DNA of 64,000 bases from Vicugna vicugna (taxonomy: Eukaryota): positions 312,001-376,000 of the forward strand of contig MU057781.1 of assembly GCA_013265495.1 (NCBI GenBank), given 5' to 3'. The position numbers and the translations under genes are program-made. Position 1 is the stretch's first letter, and the number at the start of each line of letters is the position of its first letter. Shown piece after piece: positions 1 through 11,038 of the stretch. The notes below the pieces were generated by a model. The model was given only the letters and a program-made list of their open reading frames with translations. It ran no database searches and was not told the origin of the DNA.

Positions 1-2595
1 TAATTTGTTCAGGCTGGCTTGTGCGGCTGCAGTCCGGGAGCCACGCAGGATTGCGTCCTGCTCCTTCCGAGGCTCGTGCAGGACATTCAGCGTGTCCCAC
101 GGTTCCCGTTGCCCCGACCAGTGCAAGACCACAGCTGTCCCGTGGAGGGGGTGCGACAGCCAGCGTAGACCCGCGTGCACCCCGAGCCCCCGGCCCACGT
201 TACAGGGGCGTGTTCAGCCGAAGCAGCCAGGCAGCGCCTCCTCCGTGCCGCTCCCCCACCGAGGACGGCCAGACCCTCTGTGCTCCTTCTTGGCACCAAG
301 ATCTGCGCGAGGCCCTATGAGAAGGAGCAGCTGGAAACCTTGGCAGATGAGGAGAGAGACATGGCACGAGGAGCGGAGGCGTGGCGCGGGACTTGTCACG
401 CCAGGCAGCGCCCAGGGCCGTTCCGGATTCATCGCCGGAAAGGCGCTCAAGCAGCGCAGACCGGGTGTCAGGTTCTCCTCTGGGGGCAGGGAGCGGGGCA
501 GCCGGGCCCTGACCGCACAGAGCTTCTGCTTCGGTGAGGAGATGACAGATGAGGATGCAGATCAGCTCAGGTGTAGAATCCGACGTCGCCACGTGGAAGG
601 GGCACTGAGGGCGGGCACCCCGATGACAAGGACCAACCGTGCAAAGATGCTGGGGTCAGTCACTCAGGCCTGGGCAGCGGGCACAGCCCTGGAGCTGGCA
701 GGGGTGTGGCTCCCCAGACATGGAGGGAAGGTTCACGTGTCACGTCCATGAGGTCGACCAGGTGGCCAGAGACCAGATTCTGCAGCATCCAATGGCCGCT
801 GAGAGGAGTCAGTGTGGTGCACACAGGCACACGGCTGTGCCGCACGAGACAAGCAGGGACTGAGCCCACAGGGAAAGGGCTCCCCTTCGCGCACAGGCTG
901 AAGCGAGGACCAAGGGGTGAGAGGACCCGGAGGGGGACAGACCAGAACTCGGCCAGCAGGAGTAGGACAGGCCGAGTCTCCAGGGCGTCCTTACAAACAA
1001 GACAGTGGAAAGCCAATCCCGCATGAGACCGTAACCTGGTGAATCTGCAGGACGCCAGCTGATGGATTCCAAAGCATCTAGTTTAATAAGTTTTCCTCAC
1101 ATCTGCCGATGCCTTGCAGCCAGACGCCACCGGGAACACCCCGTGCTGGACGAGTGGGTTTATTTCCCATTTCAGCACACGCCACAGACACTCGGGGGCG
1201 TGCCAGCGAGAGGTGCTAGAAGAACCTCTAACAGGATGTGAACCTGTGTTAAGTGCTCTTGCTGGGAGCTCCAGGAAGCAGGAGTTCACCCAGGATGGGA
1301 CGCTGCCGGGGGGGTGGGAGTGAATCTGTGACTGGGTGTCTTGGTAAAGCAGAAGCCGCCACTCACGTCAGCCAGGACCCAGGAGTCTTGTCCCTGGGTG
1401 TGGACAATGATCACGTGTCTGTCTCTGCTCAGATGGGATCACCGGGGACCTCGTTTTTGTCTTGACCCATCTCGGTCACACAGTGGCTCTGGCTGACGTG
1501 GGGGTTCTGTGAATCGTCTGTGCTCCACGAGAGAACACGGGGGCCCAGCAGTGAGCCGGGGGCGGCTGTTCCCTCCAGGTCCTCAGCCCTCTCCAAGTCG
1601 AAGCACTCAAATCTGTTCTGAGGTGCCATCTCAGCCGACTTCCGCGAGACGGGGCAGGATGAATGCTTCGCTTTAATTACTTCTCTAGCACACAGACTTT
1701 TACTACAAAAACCGATTCCTCTGCCAAAGAAACGCGTCTGCCTGCTCCGCTTGCCTTCGGAGATCACTGAGTGCTTGTAATTAGGTTGTGAAGCCATGCG
1801 ATCCTTCAGCTGGAGTCTGCTGTTTTAAAAACAGACCGGTTTTGCACTCTGAAGAAGGAAAATGTTACACTATCCATGGAAATTATGCAGAATTCTTTAA
1901 TTTGGAACACGGGGTGGGGAGTAGGGAGACTTCATTGAAAAAAAAAGCATTGTCTCATTCTAAGCCGTCGCGGAGAGCACGGCGGCGTAACACGTTATGA
2001 TTCAATAAAAGGAGGCGCATCTAAATTGCAGATGGTTATAAAACTGAGTCTACAGACAACTTTGCTCCGCGAATGTATAGAATAAATGATCTCTTAATGT
2101 AATAAACTGGTTTGTCTTCTTCACGGTTTATATTAAAACTTCACTCGAGATGTGATTTCCAGGCCGGTCCCCTGAAGCGTTCCCTCGGGACAGTGAAACT
2201 CAACGACACTGGATCACCTACAAGAAATAATAAAGAAGGGACATGTTATATGTCATCAGGAATGTCCCGAAACTTTGTATGCAAGGATGAATTATTCATT
2301 AAAAGTTTTTGGAGAAGTCCTGGTGGCGTAAAACTAAGTTTCCAAATAACGGAAGGAGCACGATTCTTCTTATATCCCAGGATGCACGCATCTGGGAGCT
2401 GACTGCGCACACTGAGCGAAGGCTTCAGGTGAGCCCCACCGGGGAGCACCCCCGACGGCCCCTCTCCCAGGGCGCTGCCCCCCGCTGGCCTGGGCCACCA
2501 GGACCCAGAGATGGACACGTTGAGGCCACAGGGGTATACTTTGGGATTAGGGGCCCAGACTGGATGCAGCCGTCACAAATCCCGAAGTGGACAGC

Positions 2596-2683
2596 GGGGG
2601 GAGGGTTTAGCTCAGTGGTAGAGCGCGAGCTTAGCATGCACGAGGTCCTGGGCTCAATGCCCAAATAAATAAGTAAATAAACC
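2596..2683 (+). mobile_element. tRNA-derived SINE (camelid Vic-1-like), short copy
   Basis: GGGGAGGGTTTAGCTCAGTGGTAGAGCGC...GAGGTCCTGGGCTCAATGCCC carries an A box and a degenerate B box. It has an AAATAAATAAGTAAATAAACC tail and a target-site duplication AAGTGGACAG(C/T)GG at 2585-2597 and 2684-2696. Confidence 0.88.
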
Positions 2684-3877
2684 AAGTGGACAGTGGAGCG
2701 TTGACAGTGTGGACACACTTTCCGCAGAGAGACCTGCCGTCAGGAGCTCATCTCGTAGGTAAATAGGCCAATGGAGAAAGGACCCAAGGCCCGACCGTCC
2801 AGAGATGACCACAGCTCAGCACAGGCCGCACCCCCTCTCAGCACCCCCGCCCCAGGCCTCACTTTCCAGGCAGGTGCCCAGGTGCCGGGGTGGGTGACAG
2901 TCTCAGGGGAGGGAAGACGCAGCTGCCGGTCCGACAGCTGCTTGTCCTGCTGGAGTCTGAGGTGGGGGCTGGGGCTGAAGCTCGGGGCTGGTGCGACTTG
3001 CGACCTAGCCTGTCCACATGCCCAGTCCCCTGGGGAGCCTCAGCCTCCCTCCAGCCTCCACGGAAGCCGATGACCATTGACATCAGGCTGTGGGACCACC
3101 GACCCCAGCTCAGGGTGTCCGCAGCTGCCCTTCAGAGCCACCTTCCCACACCCTGGGGACCTCCTACAAACCATCAGCTACTCCCTGCACAGCCCAGGAC
3201 CCCTGGGCCCTGGGGGAGCCCAGCCCCGAGCCTCCCTCCTGCACCCGTGGAAACTCCCGTGGCTGCTCGGTCACACCTGTGCCATGTTGTGGAAGATGGT
3301 GGCCACGTCCTTTCCACTCTACCTGCGTCCGGGGGACACCCTCGCAGAGAGGGAGCCGGGGGACCCATCTGACCCAGGCTAACCTTCCACCCTCCTCCGA
3401 CCCTCCCACACCCCCGGGGCGGAAGCAGCCTCCAGGATCTCCCCTGCCTCTTGTCCCGTCTCCTCCTGAAAGCTTCAAGCCTCATGTCTCAGCCGCCTTA
3501 GACAGAACAGGGGGTTTGCCTTCCCTGCACAGGCGCGCTGCCACCCGGGCCCTCCGGAGTTAGACAGTGGTGGGCAAGGGAGACTCAAGAAACTGGAAAC
3601 TTCTCGAGGAAGGAAGGAAGCCCACCGCCGCCCCTGCAGCAGCTTCGTTTGCACAATCGCCCTGCTCTTTCCGAGCGTTACTTCGGTGTCAGGTCCTAAT
3701 CTCTCCATAAAGATGATTACTTGGGGCCAACCGGAACAAGCTGTGTACTTGGAAATGCAGAAGAGAAATCACATTAAAATCTGAGAATGCAGACAACTTT
3801 TATGTATTTACCAAACTGCCAGTTAACTTTTACAGTGTTCCCAACACAGTTCTAAATACAAACATTATCTTCGCCGA

Positions 3878-3950
3878 TCCTCTCACAACAGCCCCACTAG
3901 AAGGTACTATCACTGCCCCATTTCACAGATGAAAAGACTGAGGCACAAGG
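3878..3950 (-). mobile_element. MIR SINE fragment
   Basis: CTCACAACAGCCCC...CCCCATTTCACAGATGAAAAGACTGAGGCACA is the reverse complement of the MIR core. Confidence 0.8.
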
Positions 3951-4339
3951 ACCTCCGGTAAGTATGCGCACTCAGAGCCCTGAAGACAGGGAACAGATGG
4001 AGAAGCTGCTGGGAGCAGGGCCAGGATTCCAGCCCAGGCAGCCGGCTCACCGCCATGTCGGTCGCAGCGTCCTACTGGGCGCGATTGAAGGTCACCTGCA
4101 AGCACACACAGGGCATGAAGGGACAGCTGCCACCAACAGAATAAATACTTAGATGTTCAGAATGCACCGTCCGAGGCAGCGCCCACCGCGTGCAACACAA
4201 ACATCCCTTTGATGTCTGTTCTCGGCATCTGGTAGCTTTGCTGGGCACCATCTTCAATTCTCGTGTAAAAAAGACACAGCTGACATTTCTGGAATGCTCT
4301 GTTCTTTGCAAGTTCCGTGTCATTTCCTTTCATCTGGAC

Positions 4340-4386
4340 AATAACCCACAAGGTCAGACCCCATTTCAGAGATGAGAAAACGGGAG
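4340..4386 (-). mobile_element. MIR fragment
   Basis: CCCCATTTCAGAGATGAGAAAACGGGAG resembles the MIR core. Confidence 0.5.
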
Positions 4387-4849
4387 CAGGTGTCCCCTGC
4401 CCAGACCACCCGCCAGGGGATGTCGGCACGGGCTGCACCCTGAGCCACGCCCACCAGACCACAGCTTCCTCCTCCTCCGGCCCAGCCCTGCCTGACCCCC
4501 AGGACCAGAGGGGGAAGAAGTCACCTGTTTTTATGCTTTGATGCATTCATGGGTTTTTCCCTCTTTAAATATGTAATCAAGCCGGAACTCACTTTGTTTT
4601 GCAGTTTGAGTTAAGATTGAATCTGCCTTTTCCCCACAAGGTTAATCAGTTGTCCCCCCGCAATTTACAGCGTAACCCCGCCTTCCCCTCAAAACTGAAG
4701 TGCCACCTGCAGCTTGCACCGCACTCTGTCTGCAGCGCTCGGGGACCTTCCGTTCTGGCTCCCTGATTTCTCACCCTCTACCCAGCTTAAGTCACGCTCC
4801 GCTTTGATTTTGACTCTAGAAAACGTCGTCACAGCTGCTAGAGAAGTTC

Positions 4850-5490
4850 CCCTCAGTAGCGTGGAGACTTCCAAAACGTTCTGTTTGCTCATTCGCGCGT
4901 CCTCATAGCCTTTAGACTCGCCTGGGGTTTGACTGGGGTTGCGCTTTTAGATTAATTGGGAGGGAAATGGTGTCTTTATCATATTGAGTCAATGACCCTT
5001 CCATTCTCTTTTCTTGTTTTATATCTTCCAGTAAAATTTTATAGATTGCATCATATGGGATTGCGTGTTGCTTTAATTTGCTTCCAGGAATTTACGCTAC
5101 ATCCTATTGTAAAGCTCCTTTATTCATCACACTTTCTGGTTGTTTCTGATGCTTGGCATTTGCAAAAGCCATTGGTCTGGGTGCTTTTCTTTACTGGCCA
5201 TTCTTCCTCTTTTGTGTTTATTCCCACAGTTTTCCAGATGATTCTTCTAGGCTTTTTAGATGGCAAACACAGGATGTTTTGTGTGTAGCAGACACACAGA
5301 CGTGTTTTTCTGGGGAAAGGGTCCATGACTTTAATCAAATCTCTTTCATCGTGGTGATTTTTTAAGCATCCTCAGGACAATGAATGTGGTAAACGATATT
5401 AATACATTTTCTCGTATTAAACCCAACTTCATCCCCAAAATGAGCCACACTTGTGCGTATCATATTAACCCTAGAAAAACACCGGTTTGA
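4850..5490 (-). mobile_element. Ancient L1 (L1M-type) ORF2 fragments
   Basis: T-rich sequence with L1 antisense-like motifs (TTAATTGGGAGGGAAATGGTGTCTTTATCATATTGAGTC; GATTCTTCTAGGCTTTTTAGATGGCAAAC). Confidence 0.6.
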
Positions 5491-5494
5491 TGTG

Positions 5495-5960
5495 TGTATT
5501 ACTTTCCTGGAAGTGCTGGAACAGAGTGGCACGAATGGGGATGGCAGGAACTTATTATCTCAGTTCCGGAGGCTGGGAGCCCAAAACCAAGGCGATGGCA
5601 GTGCCTGCGCCCCCCACAGACTTGGAGACGCCTTCCTCAAGGCCTGCCTGGTTCCGCCAGCCTCCGGTGTCCCCAGACACCACTCCAGCCTCCGCCTCTG
5701 TCTCCCCATGACTTCCTTCCTTCTGCGTCCATGTCTTCATGTGGCATTCTGCTGGGGTGTGTGTGTGTGCGTGCACACATGCGTGCTCCTTCTTATGAGG
5801 ACGCCAGCCTTGGACTAAGGGCCCACCCTCTTCCAGCACAACCTTATCTTAACTGATCACACCCACAATGACTGTTTCCAAATCAGATCGCATCCTGAGG
5901 TTCTGGGGTTTACGACTTCGGCACGTCTTACTTGGGGGGACACAATCCAACCTATAAGCA
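5495..5960 (-). mobile_element. MaLR solo LTR (MLT1B/C-like)
   Basis: Begins TGTATTACTTTCCT, contains CAGTTCCGGAGGCTGGGAGCCCAAAACCAAGG and TTCTTATGAGGACGCCAG, and ends GGGGGGACACAATCCAACCTATAAGCA. This is the reverse complement of a typical MLT1 LTR. Confidence 0.85.
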
Positions 5961-6374
5961 AGTGTTAACACTTTACTTAGAAGTTTTTGTGTTAAGTCTT
6001 TACGAGGAGCACTGGACGACAATGACACTTTCTAGGGAGGGGACGCGCCAGGTCTGGGTACAGGGTCAGGCTGACTCCGTAAGGCGAGTTGGAGAACACG
6101 CCCCTCCAGCTCTGAAGTGACACAAACAGCACGGGAATGGGGTTTCCCTGTAAGTCTTGAAGGAGCTCGTCCTTTAAACCATCTGGGGTTGGAAGGGGCT
6201 AAGCTGCAGGCGACGTGTATTAATGACACTATGGAGAGTGTGACGACCTCTCACGCGCACGCCGCACAACGCGGCAGCCGTTTGACGTGCCCGTTCCATT
6301 TACCCCTCATCCCCAGAGTCAGCGGGTGTGCACTGTGCACAGGCTGACATACTTAGAGCCTCATCACAGACATC

Positions 6375-6790
6375 GCGTCATCTCACTCGGTATCAACCAG
6401 AGAGGAATGGAGGGAACACTCAAACCAGGTAGGCTAAGAGGAGTGTAATAAAAGGCGTGCAGGATCTAAGGCAGCCACAGGGTCACTGAAGCGGGGGCTG
6501 TCCCTGCCCCAGAGAACCCCAAGGAGGAGTGAGTTGGGAGGGTCACTTGGCAGACTCGGAAGGTCCAGGAGAGGGAAGTAGCCAGACTAACACACCCAGC
6601 TGGGAGCAACCTGGGGCGTCCATACTCACACTCACTCTTGTCCTGTCTTTGCAACTGCCTACAAGGCTCTTCCATTGGCCAGATCCAACAGGCGCCCAGA
6701 GTGCGCGGGAGCCCGGGGAGGCGGTCCATACGGGGCCTCCCGGGGTCCAGGACTGGGCAGGGGAGGGGGCAGGGGGCGTGCAGAGGCGCA
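6375..6790 (-). mobile_element. ERVL-type solo LTR (LTR33-like)
   Basis: ACACTCAAACCAGG...GAGGAGTGTAATAAAAGG and CCATTGGCCAGATCCAACAGGCGCCCAGAG...GGGAGCCC match remembered LTR33 antisense motifs. Confidence 0.55.
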
Positions 6791-7229
6791 AAGGAAAGAT
6801 GAGATGAGATGAGATGAAAGGTGGCGGTGTTAAGGGTTCCAGGAGGCACCCTAAAGGCAGTTGAAGACGGGACACTTGTGTTGACCGTAACACGCCGATT
6901 ACATAAAAAGTTGGATGTGAATAATGACACCCAAAAAAGGGAGGAGGAAGAGAAGGAGAGCAAAACTCATTGGGCATGACTGAAGCTAAGGTGCCAAATA
7001 CGACTGTGAAAAACGGGAACATGAAAAGAAATAACAAAGCCTTTACCCTGCCTTTCTGACTCGGACTGTGTCTGACAGACCCGACAGCTCTCGCGGGCAA
7101 GGAAACGCTGCCCTCACAGAGGAGCCCAGCTGATCAGGGAGGAAGAGGTGATGGAACCAGAAGGTTCCCATTTCACAGCCTCTAATGAGATGCGGCTCCA
7201 CGTAACGGCACCACCACTGGAGGGCAAAA

Positions 7230-8265
7230 CCACCAGGAGTCAGCGACGGAGAACGTCGCGGAGAGCAGCCCGCTGGGGCGACATGGCCGCTGGTCAGTCT
7301 TCATGTTAATAAAGGCGAGGCAGCCGAGGGTTTGGAAAGAGAGAGGCAGCGACAGCGTTATTCTTAATCTCGTCACATAAAAGCAGTCACGTCAACTAGA
7401 TGACACCAAAACCCCGTGGAAAACGTTTGCAGAAAAGTGAGAAATCCTCTAGAACTCGCACATCCGGGTGGGTGAAGCCAAGCCGCCGACAGCCATGAGG
7501 CCCGCAGGCGTGGCGCCGGTGTGACAGGACGCAGAGGGCACGAGGGGCACCGGGCACACCTGGGGGCCGGAGACCCCAGGCGGCTGGCGAGCCTGCCCTC
7601 GGCGGACTCCAGCCGGAGGGAAGACGCCGAGGCACGGGGGGCCACTCTCCAGTGGCGGGGAGCGCGGGGGAGATGAGAGAGGAGGAGGGGGCGCAGGAGG
7701 CTGGGGCGGGAAGGGGGCCGGGAAGACCCCAGAAGCAGCCGCCATGTCCCGGGACCCCACTCGAAAACAACAGAGCGGGGACAGAGCTGCGTGCGGCCAG
7801 CACGCCTCCTTCTGAGAACTCGGGAAGGCCAGCTCCCCAGAGACGCGAGACACAGCAGTCCCTGGACGGATGGGTGGATGAGCCAAATGTGCCATCCACG
7901 CAAAGGAGCATTATCAGCCTTAAACAGGAAGGAAGTTCTGACACAGGCTACAACGCGGATGAAAGGCCATTATGCTGAGCGGATAAGCCAGACCCCAAAG
8001 GACAGACACTGTGTGATTCCACTTACACCAGGCCCCCAGAGCCATCAAACTCATAAAGACAGAAGTCGAGCCGGGGGTGTCGGGGGCCACAGAGGAGGAG
8101 AATGGGGAGTGTTTGCTGTCTAACGAGCACAGAGCTCCAGTTTTGCACAACGAGGAAGCTCTAGAGGTGGACTGCAAGGCAACGCGAATGTCCTTCCCAC
8201 TGCGGAGAGGCACATTTAAAAACGATTTTGATGGTGAACCTTATATATTTAACCACAATTAAGAA
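7230..8265 (+). mobile_element. L1MB-like 3' end (GC-shifted ORF2 remnant plus 3'UTR)
   Basis: 7860-8265 is a clear L1MB-type 3'UTR (CAGCCTTAAACAGGAAGGAAGTTCTGACACAGGCTACAACGCGGATGAA...TGTGTGATTCCACTTAC...TTTAACCACAATT). The upstream part resembles heavily substituted ORF2 and is less certain. Confidence 0.7.
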
Positions 8266-8299
8266 TTTAAGGTTTTTAAGTGAGACAGCAAATTGCCAC

Positions 8300-9900
8300 T
8301 TAAAGTTATTACAAAAATATAGTTCAGGCACAGAATAAAATCTATATGGACAATAAAACATGCCAGAAACTCATGCTCAAATAATACACTGAAATTATTA
8401 TTTTGTGTTGTTCCAAAATGAGGTGAAAGGATGACATAAAACATGAAAGAAGAGCAAAAATCGTAATTCAAAAAATTCAGAAATGAGTGACAGAACTGAG
8501 GGGGGAAATCAGAAATGTGAAAGTCATTCCAGAAGCGAAACGTAAGCCAGAAGAAACGCTACTAGAATGAAGACAAGAGCTAGTACCCTAAGAAAAATAG
8601 AAAATAGGGTTAAAGGGCTTTTCACTCAGAAAGGAATTAAGGAAAAAAGGAACTTGATTCAGGAAAAAACTGAGGAATACTGGAGACAGGCAAAGACAGC
8701 CCCACGTGTGGACACAAGTCCTGAAGAAGAAAATCAGTGCAGGGAACAGAATAAACACCCAAAACCGTATTTCAAGAAAACCTTCCTTATTTACAAAAGC
8801 TACTTTTAAAACTACTGCGGTACTGAAAGTGCACAGGGTGCCTGCGGATACAGAATAACCAACACCAAGGTACGTGCTTTTACATGAACAAACTTTTAAA
8901 AACAATCTAGGTAGAACAGTAAGATATTATAAGAGAAATAAAAATAAGTTATCGTTATGACTTTTATAGCAAAACTTCATGCCAGAAAGAGCTGGAATAT
9001 TAGATTTAATGTGTTTAAGGGGGAAAGCATAAATCACGTATTTCATACCCAGCAAAACTGACTTCCAGAGCAAAAAAGTATAAAAAGGCCAGGGGTCGTC
9101 AACACCCAAGAGCTCAGAGCCGCAGGTCCCAGGAGCCGCCCTGAGGATGAGCCGGAGGATGAGCGCTCAACGACGGCCACAGAGGCTGTGGCTGAAGGCG
9201 GGCGCAGACGCCGCAGAGCCCCCTGCGGGGCTGCCTGAGGGCGGCAGAGGAGCAAACAGTGCACCGCTGTGAGAGCTGGCGGGCGGACACAGCGCCCCGT
9301 CTACACTGAGGACGGAAGCAGGAGACCCACATGGCAAAAGAGAGTCCAGTCTGTCTTTGTCACTCACATCGGCGCTGGTGGCTGTAGATGAGTTGCTGGT
9401 GGGTGTAGATGGGCTGCGACTGATCCACACGACGTATGGCACTGGTGTTCTGAAACTATGTGTGTAACTTGGGATAAAATAATTGAGTCATTTTGTGAAA
9501 TCCTCCCATTCCGTCGTCCTGGGTGCCCTTGAGTGCTGGAGTTGAAGGAAGGGGGTCGGGACGTAACGCAGAAGTGGTTCAAGGAGCGCCTGTCGTCCAG
9601 AGCGAAGTGAAGAAACCGCCTGGGCCCCCAGGCCTCCCCCAGCCGTGCCCCCATCAGTGAGCTTCCTGCGTGCCCTGAGGACGGTCTCGGGACACTTTTC
9701 CACTTAAAGAAATGGGGCTTCCTGGAGAAACCGCTGGTCCGGGTGTGAGGCGGGGAGTGTATACGGCCTGGGCCATCTTGCCACACCAGTGACAAAGCCA
9801 TCAGTGTCACAGGTGTGTCACAGGGACTCAGGAGCTGATGTGAGGGACAATCTGAGTTTCAGAAAGGGTGCTGATTTCAGTTGATTGAAATCTATTAATT
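8300..9900 (+). mobile_element. HAL1 / L1 ORF1-like relic
   Basis: A-rich ORF1-like sequence. TTTCATACCCAGCAAAACTGACTTCCAG...CAAGAGCTCAGAG...CCCAGGAGCC...GAGGATGAGC resembles the HAL1 ORF C-terminus. The 3' boundary is uncertain. Confidence 0.45.
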
Positions 9901-10692
9901 AAACATAAATCGACAGTAAGAGGAGGCAGAGGACGTGATGCTCAGGGAACAGCAGTGCCCAGCTCGGTCCCCTGAAGACTGGTGGGGAGGACCCAGCACG
10001 CCCACTCGTCTCCTCCGGGCACCACGCCGCGGGGCAACGGATCAGAGTCAAGGGAAGTGTCTCTTTACACGAGCATTTCAATCCAAGAACGGAAACCACG
10101 AGATAATGAGACCAACCGCTTTGCAACCCAGGATGAATTAATGACTGGCGGCAGCAGCAGCTGCCAGCACCACCGGGAGGAGCGAGCAGATGCCATGTGC
10201 CTTCTGATGAAGAAGGAGACTCCAGCTTGAATCTTAACAGAGCGTCCCCCCTGCCCCAGCTCGGGCGTCTGTGCCCAAGTGCCCGCGAGCAGGGCCGGCG
10301 CGCGGGAGAGGGTGTTACCGCACCATGACCGTGCTCAGCAGGAGCCACGCAGGGAGCCTGTGGGGCCAGAGCCCTGAGTCCGGCAACGGACACACTGTGC
10401 AGGAAAGAAAGGGCGGGAGAGGAACCTGCAGAGTGAGAGAGACGGGAAACTAGAAAGAGCGCGGACAAGACCAGGCTGTGGCGTCCAGGCCCGCGCTGGA
10501 GGGCCAGCCCCGCGGGAAGGCGAGGCCGCGGTGATGACGGGTCAGGATCACGCCCGCCCCTCGGGAGCAGTGCCGGGGCAGGACCACGGAGGGACCTCTG
10601 GGCGGGCTGGCAAGGTTCTGCAGGACAGGGTTTGCCTTAGAACCCTGTATTCGGGCCGTGTACGCGTTCCATGCAGTTTTCTGCCGTTTGGG

Positions 10693-11038
10693 GTTTTTTA
10701 ATTGAAGTCTAGTTGATTTACAATGTTGTGTGAGTTTCTGGTGCACAGCGAAGTGATTCGGTTCTACATAAGATCTATTCTTTTTCAGATTCTGTCTCAT
10801 CAGCGGCTGTTACGGGACACTGAGCACGGCCCCCTGTGCTGCACCGGCGGAGCTGGCTGTTGATCTGTCTCATGTGGAGCGCCGTGTGTCTGCCAGTCCC
10901 AGACCCCGAGCCGGTCCCGCCCCTCCTCCCCCCGCTGAACGTAAACGTGTTTCCTGTGTCCGCGAGTCTGTTCCTGCTTAGTGAGTAGGTTCCTTTGTGT
11001 CATATTTCTTGATTCCACATGTAATTGATATCACGTGT
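10693..11038 (-). mobile_element. Cetartiodactyl-type L1 3'UTR, 5'-truncated
   Basis: TTTTTTAATTGAAGTCTAGTTGATTTACAATGTTGTG...GATTCCACATGTAATTGATATCA; homologous to the copies at 18400-18990, 29978-30893 and 52778-53257. Confidence 0.85.

Noticed and set aside
2596..2665. tRNA-Ala-like gene
   Set aside because: No 3' acceptor stem; the A-rich tail and TSD indicate a SINE.
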